This document shows, in pieces, positions 1 to 9,688 of a stretch of 64,000 nt of DNA. Each line of letters starts with the position of its first letter. Positions within the stretch are counted from its first letter, which is position 1. The stretch is taken from the sequence record ON529850.1; one strand, given 5' to 3'. The position numbers and the translations under genes were made by a program. Below the pieces are notes generated by a model that searched no databases, was not told the DNA's origin, and saw only the letters and a program-made list of their open reading frames with translations.

Positions 1-35
1 CGCTTGCAGCGCCGCATCTATCTGAAGGATCACGA

Positions 36-1133
36 ATGACCGCCAACCCTGATGTCATGGTCTTCATCGGCCGATTCCAGCCGGTCCATAACGGGCATCT
101 GGACGTCATCGGCCAGGCGCTGGAGAAGGCGCAGCGTCTGATCATCCTGGTCGGCTCCGCCAACCTGGCGCGCGACACCCGCAACCCCTTCACCTATGAA
201 GAGCGCGCGGCGCTGATCCGGTCCGCCATCGTGGAGAAGTTCGGCGAGGACGCCCTGCTGCGCGTCGTCGTCAATGCGGTCCCCGACAGCCCCTATGACC
301 TTCAGGAATGGATCGAAACGGTCCAGATGGCGGTCAAGATGAACACCTCTCCGTTCGTGCGTCCTTCGATCGCCCTGACCGGACACGACCGAGATGAGAC
401 GTCCTTCTACCTGAAACTGTTCCCGCAGTGGCCCTACTTGGGCTGCGGCGACACCACCGGCATCAATGCGTCGCACCTGCGCGCAGACTTCTTCGGCGGC
501 GGAGTCCAGTTCTACAGCAACTACTGGCGCGATACGGGTCCGATCTGGCCGCAGGCGGCGCCCAAGGCGACGATCGACTTCCTGCACGCTTTCCGCGATC
601 GTCCGGAATACGCCCGCCTGCTCGCCGAGGCGAAGGCGGAAGCCGCCTACAAGAAGAAGTATGGGCCGGGACCGCATACGACTCTGGACGCGGTGGTGAT
701 CCAGTCCGGTCACGTCCTGGTCGGTCGTCGCAAGGGCGAATATGGACAGGGCATGCTGGCTCTGCCAGGCGGCTTCCTGGAAGTCGAGCGCGGCGAAACC
801 CTGCTCGACGGCGCCGTGCGGGAGTGTTTCGAAGAAACCCGGCTGTATGACCACTTCGGCCCGGACAATCTGATCACCGACGAACGTCGGCGCATGCTGC
901 ACACCCATCTGCGTGGGCGTGACGTGTTCGGCGATCCCAACCGGTCGCGGCGCGGGCGCATCATCACCCACGCCCACCTCTTCAAGCTGCCCGACGACTA
1001 TAGCCTGCCGAACGTCGCCGAGTGGGACGATCTGGGGGACGTGCACTGGATGCCGATCTCCGACGTCCGCGCCGACGAATTCTTCGAGGACCATGCCTTC
1101 ATCATCGAGAAGATGATTCGGCAGTTCCTGTAA
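36..1133 (+). CDS. nadM: Bifunctional NMN adenylyltransferase / Nudix (ADP-ribose pyrophosphatase)
   Basis: N-terminal GRFQPVHNGH (HxGH) cytidylyltransferase motif; C-terminal Nudix box GETLLDGAVRECFEET; adjacent to NAMPT. Confidence 0.92.
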   Translation: MTANPDVMVFIGRFQPVHNGHLDVIGQALEKAQRLIILVGSANLARDTRNPFTYEERAALIRSAIVEKFGEDALLRVVVNAVPDSPYDLQEWIETVQMAVKMNTSPFVRPSIALTGHDRDETSFYLKLFPQWPYLGCGDTTGINASHLRADFFGGGVQFYSNYWRDTGPIWPQAAPKATIDFLHAFRDRPEYARLLAEAKAEAAYKKKYGPGPHTTLDAVVIQSGHVLVGRRKGEYGQGMLALPGGFLEVERGETLLDGAVRECFEETRLYDHFGPDNLITDERRRMLHTHLRGRDVFGDPNRSRRGRIITHAHLFKLPDDYSLPNVAEWDDLGDVHWMPISDVRADEFFEDHAFIIEKMIRQFL

Positions 1134-1165
1134 TCACGCAACAACTTCCTACGGGGGATACCTTC

Positions 1166-2596
1166 ATGACCATGCCGCACGACACCGACAACCTGCCGAA
1201 CTACCTGGCGCCGTTGCCCTACAACCTGATCGCCGACACCGACAGCTACAAGCTGGGCCACTGGCGTCTGTATCGGAAGGGCACGACCACCGTTTACAGC
1301 TATATCGAGAGCCGGGGCGGCCGCTACGGCGAGGTGATGTTCGCCGGCCTCCAGCAGCTGCTCTATGAAAAGCTGGGCCAGCCGATCACCCGCGAACAGG
1401 TCGAGGAAATGGCGGCGTTCGTGCCGGCCCACGGCCTGCCCTTCAACCGTGAAGGTTGGGAGATCATCCTGAACGAATACGGCGGTCGCCTGCCGCTGCT
1501 GATCAAGTCGGTCCCCGAGGGCCTGGTGGTCCCGACCAAGAACGCCCTGTTCTCGATCGAGAACCTGGACCCGCGTCTGCCGTGGCTGACCTCCTACCTG
1601 GAGACGATGATCCTGCGCGACCTGTGGACGGCCTGCACGATCGCGACGCGCATCTTCTTCATGACGCGTCGCATCAACACCCACTGGGGACAGTTCTCGG
1701 ACAATCCGATGAGCCCGTTCGCCCTGCTCGACTTCTCGTCGCGCGGCACCATGGGCTATGACCACTCCGAAATCGGCGGCATCGCCTATCTGTTCCACTT
1801 CATGGGCTCGGACAACGTCCCGGCGGTCCGTGCCGCCAACTACTACTATTTCGACAACATGAGCGGCTATTCCGTCATGGCGGGCGAGCATTCGATCTCC
1901 TGCTCCTTCGGCCGCGACAACGACGACGACTACATCCGCAACTCGCTGGAAGTGGTCGACCCCAAGACGCCCCTGTCGCTGGTCGGCGATTCCTGGGACA
2001 TCTTCAAGTTCGCGCAGAAGGTCGTCACCAACCACAAGGAGCTGATCATCAACAAGGAGATCAGCTTCGTCACCCGCCCGGATTCCGGCGACATTCCGAC
2101 GGTGCTGCCGCCGGTGTTCCAGACCCTGGCGGCGGGCTTCGGCACCGACCGTAACGCCAAGGGCAGGGACGTCATCCGCTACGGCGCCAAGGTGCTGCAA
2201 GGCGACGGGATGAACGAAGACACCCACATGCAGCCGTTCGAGCTGGCGGACGCGCTCGGCATCGCCCCGGACAGCGTGATCACCGCCGCCGGCGGTGGTC
2301 TGATGACGGCGGACCTGGATCGCGACGTCAATAAGTGGGCGATGAAGGCGTCCGAGATGATCATCGACGGCGAACGCGTCGACATCTACAAGGACCCGAT
2401 CACCGATCCGGGCAAGAAGTCCAAGCGTGGTCGCTTCGGCCTCGTCCGCGATGAGAACGGCGCGTTCCAGACGATCAACCGCGTCAATGACGCCGAAGAC
2501 CGCGCCGATCTGATCGAAGCGCGCTTCTACAAAGGCGACGTGATCAACGCTTCCACCCTGGCCCAGGTGCGCGAACGCGTCGCGGCCCAACTGTAA
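1166..2596 (+). CDS. nadV: Nicotinamide phosphoribosyltransferase (NAMPT)
   Basis: DTDSYKLGHW, LLDFSSRG, LVGDSWD, RPDSGD, KDPITDPGKKSKRG motifs typical of NAMPT; ATG 1166 chosen after GGGGGA RBS. Confidence 0.93.
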   Translation: MTMPHDTDNLPNYLAPLPYNLIADTDSYKLGHWRLYRKGTTTVYSYIESRGGRYGEVMFAGLQQLLYEKLGQPITREQVEEMAAFVPAHGLPFNREGWEIILNEYGGRLPLLIKSVPEGLVVPTKNALFSIENLDPRLPWLTSYLETMILRDLWTACTIATRIFFMTRRINTHWGQFSDNPMSPFALLDFSSRGTMGYDHSEIGGIAYLFHFMGSDNVPAVRAANYYYFDNMSGYSVMAGEHSISCSFGRDNDDDYIRNSLEVVDPKTPLSLVGDSWDIFKFAQKVVTNHKELIINKEISFVTRPDSGDIPTVLPPVFQTLAAGFGTDRNAKGRDVIRYGAKVLQGDGMNEDTHMQPFELADALGIAPDSVITAAGGGLMTADLDRDVNKWAMKASEMIIDGERVDIYKDPITDPGKKSKRGRFGLVRDENGAFQTINRVNDAEDRADLIEARFYKGDVINASTLAQVRERVAAQL

Positions 2597-2606
2597 GAGA
2601 CCCACC

Positions 2607-2972
2607 GTGAATCAAATGACCCTCGAAGGCTCGGCCTCCACTCACCAAACCCCTCTGGCGCCCAACCGCGCCGTCTGGGTGGTGGACGCCGATGCCGGCA
2701 CCGCCATCGCCGAGTTGCTCGGCGGTCAGGCGGTGATCACGCGCCGCGAGAAAGACCAGACCCTGCGCTGCGTCTTCACTCTGCCGGTTGCGCTGGGCGG
2801 CCTGGAGCAATCCTTCCCCCTGTCGGACTGCGCCAGCGTCTTCCTGGCGCAGATGCGCGCCGAGACGCTGATCCGCGAGACCATGAACAAGACCCATCCG
2901 TCCTTGTATGTGGAACTCGCCAAGGCGGAGATCGAGAAGGCGGCGGCCGAAGCCGGCCCTGATCCTTTCTAA
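2607..2972 (+). CDS. Hypothetical protein
   Basis: ORF in tightly packed co-oriented run with phage-like codon usage. Confidence 0.65.
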   Translation: MNQMTLEGSASTHQTPLAPNRAVWVVDADAGTAIAELLGGQAVITRREKDQTLRCVFTLPVALGGLEQSFPLSDCASVFLAQMRAETLIRETMNKTHPSLYVELAKAEIEKAAAEAGPDPF

Positions 2973-3015
2973 CACTGCGGGCGGCTTCGGCCGCCCGTTT
3001 TCTACGGGGGCTTCA

Positions 3016-3345
3016 ATGCGCCATCTTTTGTTGATCCTGGGCCTGGGCGCCCTGGCGTTGTCGGGATGCCGGGACGCTTCTTCCCCGGCGGAACGTCGTG
3101 CGGCGGCTGAAGCCCGAGCGGCCCGAGACCACGCCAATGAGCGGAGGGCGGAGCAGCACGAAGCGGCTCGCACCTACTACGCGACGATGCAGCTGGTTCG
3201 GGTCTGCTCTGGCGGCGCTTCGACCTCCTTTGTCCACCAGGGGCGCGATGGGCGCCTGTGGCTGTCGCCCTACATGGACCCTGGAACCGACCCGCGCTAC
3301 TACCACGCTGTCGCTCCGGCGATCCGCATCAGCGAGGTCTGCTGA
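3016..3345 (+). CDS. Putative lipoprotein
   Basis: Signal peptide MRHLLLILGLGALALSGC with lipobox LSGC. Confidence 0.65.
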   Translation: MRHLLLILGLGALALSGCRDASSPAERRAAAEARAARDHANERRAEQHEAARTYYATMQLVRVCSGGASTSFVHQGRDGRLWLSPYMDPGTDPRYYHAVAPAIRISEVC

Positions 3346-3656
3346 TGGCCCTGCCCGGCACCCCTGAAGAGCGCCTCGCTCGCGCCAGGCTGCTCGATTA
3401 CATGGTCGACGACAGTCTCGACGGCTATCCGATCGACCACAACATGCGCTTCCAGGCCCAGGTGTTCAGCCTCGATTACGGCTGGGTCAACATCTGGAGC
3501 CTCAGCGGTGAATTCCGCTCCGACGACGCGTCGAAGTTGATCCCGATCTGCGAGGAATTCGTCAAAGAGCGCCAGATGCGTGCGCGGATCGTCGAACTCG
3601 TCCCCACCATTCATCAGACCTTTGAGGTCCGGGAGCCCGCGCATGCGCAAGTTTGA
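3345..3656 (+). CDS. Hypothetical protein
   Basis: TGATG overlap with upstream gene. Confidence 0.6.
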   Translation: MALPGTPEERLARARLLDYMVDDSLDGYPIDHNMRFQAQVFSLDYGWVNIWSLSGEFRSDDASKLIPICEEFVKERQMRARIVELVPTIHQTFEVREPAHAQV

Positions 3657-3948
3657 AGCCAGGGTCAACGCCGAGTTTGAGATCGAGATCGATCCGACCA
3701 AGATCACGCCCGAAGTGCTGGAATCCTTTTCCAGCCTGATCACCAGCGTGGGCAGCCTGGAAGAGTTGGCGGAATACCTCGCCGACACCTATGCACGGGG
3801 CGTCTACACCAACGGTTCTTTCATTGAAGGGCTGGGCGACGCCAAGGCGATGGGTATCCGTTTCATCGGCACCAACGGCGCCGGAGATTTCGGTCTGAAC
3901 CGGGTCTGGGTCGAAGTCGATGACGTCACGCCGGCGGAGGCCGTCTGA
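3643..3948 (+). CDS. Hypothetical protein
   Basis: Overlapping packed ORF preceded by GGGAG RBS. Confidence 0.6.
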   Translation: MRKFEARVNAEFEIEIDPTKITPEVLESFSSLITSVGSLEELAEYLADTYARGVYTNGSFIEGLGDAKAMGIRFIGTNGAGDFGLNRVWVEVDDVTPAEAV

Positions 3949-4457
3949 TGGGTTGGGCCAACTGCGGTGAAGATTCCAAGGGCCGTTCGATCGGATACGC
4001 CCATGCGGCGAAGTGCGATCATGAAGGCTGCAAGGCGGCTATTGATCGCGGGCTGAGTTACGCCTGCGGCGGCATGCACGGCGAAGGCGAGACCTGCGAA
4101 GGCTACTTCTGCGGCGCGCACATGACGACCCGCCACCTGCCGGGTGAAGGGCATTGGGCTCATGTCTGCATGGCGTGCGCCGCCCAGCTGGACGAAGCCG
4201 AATCGCGCGACTACGCGGAAGCTCTGATTGAGGCAGCCCGCACCTTGCTGGCGATCGAGCTGGACGAACCCGCCGCCGCCCAGGGCTTGCTGGAAAAGGC
4301 GCTCTACGCCATCTACGAGGTGAAGCGGACCTGGGGCGAGACCGACACCATGCCGATCGATTCGCGGTTCATGCTCGACAGCGAGCTGGCCCGCGCCGAG
4401 AGCACCCAGATGTTCATCGCGGAAATGCAGGCGAAGCGTGACGCTCCGGTGGACTGA
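3948..4457 (+). CDS. Hypothetical protein with Cys/His-rich putative Zn-binding N-terminus
   Basis: CDHEGC...CGGMH...CEGYFCGAH...CMAC; TGATG coupling. Confidence 0.6.
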   Translation: MGWANCGEDSKGRSIGYAHAAKCDHEGCKAAIDRGLSYACGGMHGEGETCEGYFCGAHMTTRHLPGEGHWAHVCMACAAQLDEAESRDYAEALIEAARTLLAIELDEPAAAQGLLEKALYAIYEVKRTWGETDTMPIDSRFMLDSELARAESTQMFIAEMQAKRDAPVD

Positions 4458-4701
4458 TTCGGTCGCCGACCGCGCCTTGTCGGACCAGAGGATCGAATCG
4501 GCGCCCGCCGAGGTGCGGGCGCTTTTCCACGAGTTCCAGGAAAACTGGGTTTATGACGCCTTGTCGATGGCGGGGATCAACGGACCGCCCGAGGACTACA
4601 CCCCCGAGCAGATCGCCGAGGGTGTCGAGATCGCCCGAAAGCTGTTGGAGACGCAGCGCCGGCGGGACCAGGAGGCGCTTCTCGCTTCTTTCAAGCGTTG
4701 A
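4438..4701 (+). CDS. Hypothetical protein
   Basis: Packed ORF. Confidence 0.55.
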   Translation: MTLRWTDSVADRALSDQRIESAPAEVRALFHEFQENWVYDALSMAGINGPPEDYTPEQIAEGVEIARKLLETQRRRDQEALLASFKR

Positions 4702-4735
4702 CAGTCAGGATTCCTGAAGGTAGGTGTCAGACATC

Positions 4736-5260
4736 ATGGAAACCCTCCACACCGACGCCATCCTTTCGGGCGAAACGCCGCCCCTCTACCGCTACTGGCT
4801 GGAACGATGCTGGGACGACCAACAGCCAGTCATGGTCTGGGTGATGCTAAATCCTTCGACGGCCGACCATACGCTGAACGACCCCACCATCTTGGCCTGC
4901 ATGGATTTCGCCCGACGTAACGGTTGCGGGTCGATCGTGGTGGTCAACCTCTATGCCTTCCGTTCATCCCATCCTAAGGTGATGAAGGCGGCTGAAAATC
5001 CCATCGGTCAGCTGAACTACGACTATCTGCGCCGCGCGATGCAGCTGGTCCGCGATCGGCCGGGATCGCTGGCGATCTGCGGCTGGGGGCGCGGCGACTT
5101 CAACTACATGGCTCTGGGCCTGCGCCGACACGCTCAGGAGGTCGGCGTTCCGCTGCACTGTTTCGGCGTCACGAAGGACGGGCATCCGAAGCACCCGCTG
5201 GCGCGAGGGCTGCATCGCATCCCGCGCGATACGGCGCCGATCGCCTATGAGGTGGTGTGA
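4736..5260 (+). CDS. DUF1643 domain protein
   Basis: YRYWLERCW, WVMLNPSTAD, VVNLYAFRS, GHPKHPL motifs. Confidence 0.85.
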   Translation: METLHTDAILSGETPPLYRYWLERCWDDQQPVMVWVMLNPSTADHTLNDPTILACMDFARRNGCGSIVVVNLYAFRSSHPKVMKAAENPIGQLNYDYLRRAMQLVRDRPGSLAICGWGRGDFNYMALGLRRHAQEVGVPLHCFGVTKDGHPKHPLARGLHRIPRDTAPIAYEVV

Positions 5261-5772
5261 TGGTTAGCGCTCTGATCCGGAGTTACGACGACTACATGAC
5301 CCAGCCGTGGGCGGACACACCGAGCGCTCGGCGGCATGAGCAGGAAGCGAACGACATGCTTCACGCCCTGGAGGCCGCGCTCACTGAGACTTCCTCTCGG
5401 AGCCTGATGCCGATCGGAACCACGCTGGACTACTGGGGCGATTGGGATCGGTTGGCTAACACCTATCCGAAAGATTTCCTTGAATCCTGGGTTTGGGGTC
5501 CCTTGGGAGAATTTGTAGGAATCCCGAGAACGCCCGACGTTAATCGCGAAGTTCAGGAATTCCAAAGACACTTCGATCGAGATCGCCGCTTCAAATCGGG
5601 TGGATTCCACAAAGGTCCGTTTCCGCTGAGCAATGGTATGCAAGCGCAAATCAACGATCGCGGTTATTTTGATCACAAATCCACCATACTACTGAGTTTC
5701 AAGGATTATTATTCCTTGGACCGTCATCTGATTAGGTTCGCTCAACTTGCGGGGATAGACCATGGCCGCTGA
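5257..5772 (+). CDS. Hypothetical protein
   Basis: Packed ORF; 3' half visibly more AT-rich. Confidence 0.55.
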   Translation: MMVSALIRSYDDYMTQPWADTPSARRHEQEANDMLHALEAALTETSSRSLMPIGTTLDYWGDWDRLANTYPKDFLESWVWGPLGEFVGIPRTPDVNREVQEFQRHFDRDRRFKSGGFHKGPFPLSNGMQAQINDRGYFDHKSTILLSFKDYYSLDRHLIRFAQLAGIDHGR

Positions 5773-6262
5773 ACTTCATTTGACGATCAATCCGGTGAGC
5801 ATGGGCTTGCTGCGGATCGCGGCGGATCAGGTCGCTTTGGAGCGGTGGGCCGGCGCCCTGGCCTCGGGCGCCTACAAGCTCGGCAACGACACCCTGCGCA
5901 CCGGGGATGACGTCTTTGACGCCTTCGGCGTCCTGGCGGACCTTCATCACGCCGAATGGGTTTGGGATGAGTTCGAAGACGCCTGGACGTTGGATGGTGA
6001 CGCCTACATCCCGCGCGTGGATAGCGTGCGTCGCTGGTTGGGCGTGTCGCGCTCGGTCCTAGATTCTCGGGTGGACGCATTCATTCGCCGCGTACAGGCG
6101 GTGTCCCTCGCCGATGGCGGCAAGAGCCTCTCTGGCCTGCTGCCGCAGATGTTGGAAAAGGAATCCCTCTTCACCGAAATGGATCGGATGCTTCAGCGTC
6201 ATCGTCGGGAAGAACCGCGATACCTTCGCGTCGACAGCTCGAAGTCGAGGTGGCTGGTGTGA
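5762..6262 (+). CDS. Hypothetical protein
   Basis: Packed ORF. Confidence 0.6.
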   Translation: MAAELHLTINPVSMGLLRIAADQVALERWAGALASGAYKLGNDTLRTGDDVFDAFGVLADLHHAEWVWDEFEDAWTLDGDAYIPRVDSVRRWLGVSRSVLDSRVDAFIRRVQAVSLADGGKSLSGLLPQMLEKESLFTEMDRMLQRHRREEPRYLRVDSSKSRWLV

Positions 6263-6669
6263 CCGCCAACATCATAGTGTGCGGTGGTCGGGTGGGTCGC
6301 AACCTGACGCGCAATCGGGTCTGGGCGGTTCTGGACCATTTGCGACCCAACTGGCCGGAATCGTTTCGCATCGTTCAGGGGGCGGCGGATTTCACGGATC
6401 GATGGGCCGGAGGCTGGGCGGTGTCACGCCGCGTCCCGATGCAACCGGTGCCGATCGACGCCGTGTTTGACGGCGAACTTGGCGACGCCCCGTTCAATCG
6501 TAATCAACGAATGGCGGACCATTTCCCGCCCTACGCCTGCGTCGGGTTCCCCGGCGGCGGCGGCACCCTCCACATGATGAAAATCTGCCACGAACTCGGC
6601 TGTCCCGTCGCCGATGTCGAACTGGAGCATGACGGGACGTTCAAGGTTCACTGGTGGCCTCAAAAATGA
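6250..6669 (+). CDS. DUF2493 / YspA-like SLOG-family protein
   Basis: IIVCGGR...VQGAA..D..A..WA...NRNQRM...FPGGGGT..M pattern. Confidence 0.75.
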   Translation: MAGVTANIIVCGGRVGRNLTRNRVWAVLDHLRPNWPESFRIVQGAADFTDRWAGGWAVSRRVPMQPVPIDAVFDGELGDAPFNRNQRMADHFPPYACVGFPGGGGTLHMMKICHELGCPVADVELEHDGTFKVHWWPQK

Positions 6670-7949
6670 CCGCAATGGAAAACGAAGACATCGTCTGGCT
6701 GGATACGGCGCAAGGCCCGTCCCTGGTCATGACCAACGACGGCGCGGTGTGGCGTTATCGCACGCTCTACAAGATCGATGCGCTCGGCAAGGTGCGCGCC
6801 TGGTTCATGGAACGCCAGGATGAAAAGCATCGCGTGGTCGCCGGCCACGACGGGGGTTCCCTGGTCGAGAACGGCTGGACGGTTTGCCGTTCGAAGGGCA
6901 AGGGCAAGGCGCAGACGACGCCGACCCAGCAATGCCTGAAGGAGATCGAGGCCCTCTACAAGAAGGCGCTCGATCGCGACTATTACGAAACGCCGGAAGA
7001 GGCCGCCGGCCCGCAGCGCAACTATTTGCCGATGCTGGCGGAGAAGTGGGACGACACCACCTGGGAGAAATGGCTGGCGCGGGTGGCGAAGGCCGGCGTC
7101 ATCCCGCCCGAAGGTCAGACAGGAGCCTACTTCCAGCCCAAGCTGGATGGATACTGCTGCATAAGTCGGGACGCGACGTTGCAGTCTCGTGAGGGCTTGC
7201 CGATCCTGACGGCGGATCACATCGTCCGGGCCTTGCAACCTTTCTATGACATGTTCCCTGGCCGCCCGCTCCATGGTGAGCTCTATAATCACGATCTGCG
7301 CGACGAATTCGAAGAGCTGAACTCCCTGTTGAAAAAGCAGAAGGGGATCACGGACGAACATCGCGCCGAGGTCGAAGCGAAGGTCCAGTATCACCTCTAC
7401 GACTATCCCGGCGCCGGTGAACACCTGCCGTTCGGCGAGCGTTACGCTGCTCTGGAGCGCGATCTGCGGCTGGCCGGCGTGGACCTGTCGACGGGCGTCA
7501 TCCAGATCGTCGTCACCACGCCTGTGCGCGATGAAGCCCATCTGCTGGAGCTGACCGACCAGGCGATCGACGATGAATACGAGGGTGGCATCGGGCGCCT
7601 GGACCTGCCCTACGAGAAGGCGAAGCGTTCCTGGGGCGTCATCAAGATCAAGTTCTTCGACGACGACGAATTCGACTTCATCCGCGCTGAATCGGGTGTA
7701 GGCAACTACGCCGGTTACGCCAAGCGTGCGATCTGCTGGCTTCCGGGCGCCGATCGTTCCATGGGTGAGACGAAACACAACACCTTCGAATCCGGTATTC
7801 GCGGCAAGCGGAATCAGAAACTGCGCGACCGGTTGGAAGAGCCGCCCGGCGTCGTCACGGTCCGATATTTCGGCTACACCAAGGGCGGCAAGGGCAAACC
7901 GCGCTTCGGGGTGGTGACCAAGTGGCACGGCGAAGCGAGGGTGCTGTGA
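6666..7949 (+). CDS. lig: ATP-dependent DNA ligase
   Basis: PMLAEK, adenylation motif QPKLDG, LHGELY, YDY, YEGGI, IKIKFF, PRFG. Confidence 0.9.
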   Translation: MTAMENEDIVWLDTAQGPSLVMTNDGAVWRYRTLYKIDALGKVRAWFMERQDEKHRVVAGHDGGSLVENGWTVCRSKGKGKAQTTPTQQCLKEIEALYKKALDRDYYETPEEAAGPQRNYLPMLAEKWDDTTWEKWLARVAKAGVIPPEGQTGAYFQPKLDGYCCISRDATLQSREGLPILTADHIVRALQPFYDMFPGRPLHGELYNHDLRDEFEELNSLLKKQKGITDEHRAEVEAKVQYHLYDYPGAGEHLPFGERYAALERDLRLAGVDLSTGVIQIVVTTPVRDEAHLLELTDQAIDDEYEGGIGRLDLPYEKAKRSWGVIKIKFFDDDEFDFIRAESGVGNYAGYAKRAICWLPGADRSMGETKHNTFESGIRGKRNQKLRDRLEEPPGVVTVRYFGYTKGGKGKPRFGVVTKWHGEARVL

Positions 7950-8215
7950 TGGACCCGTTTTCGAAAACGCTCGCGATCGGCTTCGCCGTCCTGGCGGTGA
8001 TCGGCTTCGTCGCCTTCCTCATCCATGAAAGCCTGCGGGTGGTGAAGGCGATTCGGGCGGGGCAGTTCTTGGATTTTGTCCGGCAAGTGTTGACAAACGC
8101 GCGAAGCGAAGCGATAGCCTGGGTCTTCATCCTGGTGATTCTCTTCATCCTCTTCTGCGGCGTCTATGCGGTCGGATTCCTGGCCGAAACCATCGTTGCC
8201 GCGCTCGGTTTCTAA
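7949..8215 (+). CDS. Small membrane protein (two hydrophobic helices)
   Basis: Two long hydrophobic stretches; TGATG coupling. Confidence 0.6.
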   Translation: MDPFSKTLAIGFAVLAVIGFVAFLIHESLRVVKAIRAGQFLDFVRQVLTNARSEAIAWVFILVILFILFCGVYAVGFLAETIVAALGF

Positions 8216-8228
8216 ACGAAAGGCTTCT

Positions 8229-8705
8229 ATGTCTCTTCTCCAATCCCTGAAAGACCTGGCGATGGACCACCGCAAGGCGGCCGCAAAGGGCGAAGGCGGG
8301 GAACACGCCGCCTTCCTGATCATGCTGGTCTCGGACGTCAATGCCCTGGCGAAGGTGCAGCAGCGTGAGCCGACAGACGCCGACGCCGAGAAGGTGCTGC
8401 GTCTGTCGCTGTCCAGCCTGTCGAAATCGATCGACGGCGATGCGGCGCGCGACGTCAAACCGCTGCCGGCCGACGAACCCTTCACGCAGAACCTGGTCGC
8501 CCAGCGCGGCGTGATCGAAGGCCTGCTGCCGGCCAAACTGACGATGGACGAACACCGCATGGCGGTGCGTGACGCCGCCCAGGCCAAGGAGCTGGAAATC
8601 GCTCCGGGGTCGATCGGCCCGATCATGAAGGCGCTGAAGGCGGAGTTCGGCGAACGTGTCGACGGTGCGATCGTCAAGACTCTCCTGGCGACCGGCGACT
8701 GCTGA
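8229..8705 (+). CDS. yqeY: GatB/YqeY domain protein
   Basis: Helical YqeY pattern: ...TDADAEKVL...IEGLLPAKLT...IGPIMKALKAEFGERVDG. Confidence 0.8.
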   Translation: MSLLQSLKDLAMDHRKAAAKGEGGEHAAFLIMLVSDVNALAKVQQREPTDADAEKVLRLSLSSLSKSIDGDAARDVKPLPADEPFTQNLVAQRGVIEGLLPAKLTMDEHRMAVRDAAQAKELEIAPGSIGPIMKALKAEFGERVDGAIVKTLLATGDC

Positions 8706-8720
8706 ACACGCTGCGTCCCT

Positions 8721-8762
8721 AAAAGAAAAGCCCCGCCGGTGTTCCGGCGGGGCTTTTTGTTT
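8721..8762. terminator. Bidirectional intrinsic terminator
   Basis: AAAAGCCCCGCCGG-TGTT-CCGGCGGGGCTTTT between convergent genes. Confidence 0.9.
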
Positions 8763-9245
8763 TCAGAGCCTGGAGTGAAGGTGATCCAGGGCGTCGTAGA
8801 GGTCGGTGTGCAGGGGAACGCCGATCCGGTCACACATGACCTCGACATTACCTCGGCGCCAGAACTGCGGCGCGCAGCTGACCACCACCTGCTCGGGCCG
8901 CGTCGCCAGCATCCAATAGAGTTCACCCAGGGTGATGGGGCTCTTGGAATCCCCTTCGAAATGGATGAAGACCAGGTCCGACGCCTGGATCATGTCCATT
9001 TCCCAGTTGACCTGCTCGCGGAACTCCATGTTGTCCAGTCGCTGCTCCCACGACGAATCCCAATCCGGCCGACGCGGGTTGTAGATCACGCTGGCGGCGC
9101 CCTCCAGAGACCGCCGGGCGATCGCCTGCCAATCCTGTGAAAGCCCCATGTCGATGGTGCCGGCCAGGAAGATGGAGGGGCGCCGATCGTCTTCCGGACG
9201 CTCCACCCGCTTTGGCGGCGTGACGTGCAGGGTCTTTCTTCGCAT
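8763..9245 (-). CDS. Nucleoside 2-deoxyribosyltransferase-like protein
   Basis: IFLAGTID...DWQ...YNPRRPDWD...QVNWE...SPITLGELY. Confidence 0.8.
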   Translation of the reverse strand: MRRKTLHVTPPKRVERPEDDRRPSIFLAGTIDMGLSQDWQAIARRSLEGAASVIYNPRRPDWDSSWEQRLDNMEFREQVNWEMDMIQASDLVFIHFEGDSKSPITLGELYWMLATRPEQVVVSCAPQFWRRGNVEVMCDRIGVPLHTDLYDALDHLHSRL

Positions 9246-9252
9246 ATTGGGC

Positions 9253-9669
9253 TCAGGCCTTTTGTTGTTGCAGATCGTCGCAGACGGTCAGGATGGTGCG
9301 GATGGCGTCTTGGGTCTCGTCCGATTCGGCGTTCGGCATGCCCTCCATTTCCAGGAGCGTCGCCAGTTCCGCGATCCGATCCAGAAGGATTTCGCGCATT
9401 TGCCTGGCGACCAGGGGCGTCAATCCCCGAGACTTGTTCAGATACCGCGTCACCTGAGACTTGGAACAGAGGAGAAGTTTGGCGATGTCCGCCTGCCAAT
9501 GCGTCCCGTTCAGCGCCTCTCCGATCGTGCGGAAATCTTCCGGCGTCAGAATTGCCGGCGCGGCGGGAACGGCAACTTCCGTAGAACGGCTATCGCTCTC
9601 TGCTCGCGCAGGCCCTCGGACGATGTTGGCGGGGGCAGCCTTGGCCCTGGCGGCGGCGGTCTTCGCCAT
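9253..9669 (-). CDS. Hypothetical protein with probable HTH
   Basis: WQADIAKLLLCSKSQVTRYL resembles an HTH. Confidence 0.6.
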   Translation of the reverse strand: MAKTAAARAKAAPANIVRGPARAESDSRSTEVAVPAAPAILTPEDFRTIGEALNGTHWQADIAKLLLCSKSQVTRYLNKSRGLTPLVARQMREILLDRIAELATLLEMEGMPNAESDETQDAIRTILTVCDDLQQQKA

Positions 9670-9688
9670 GTCATTGGACTTTCACTGA

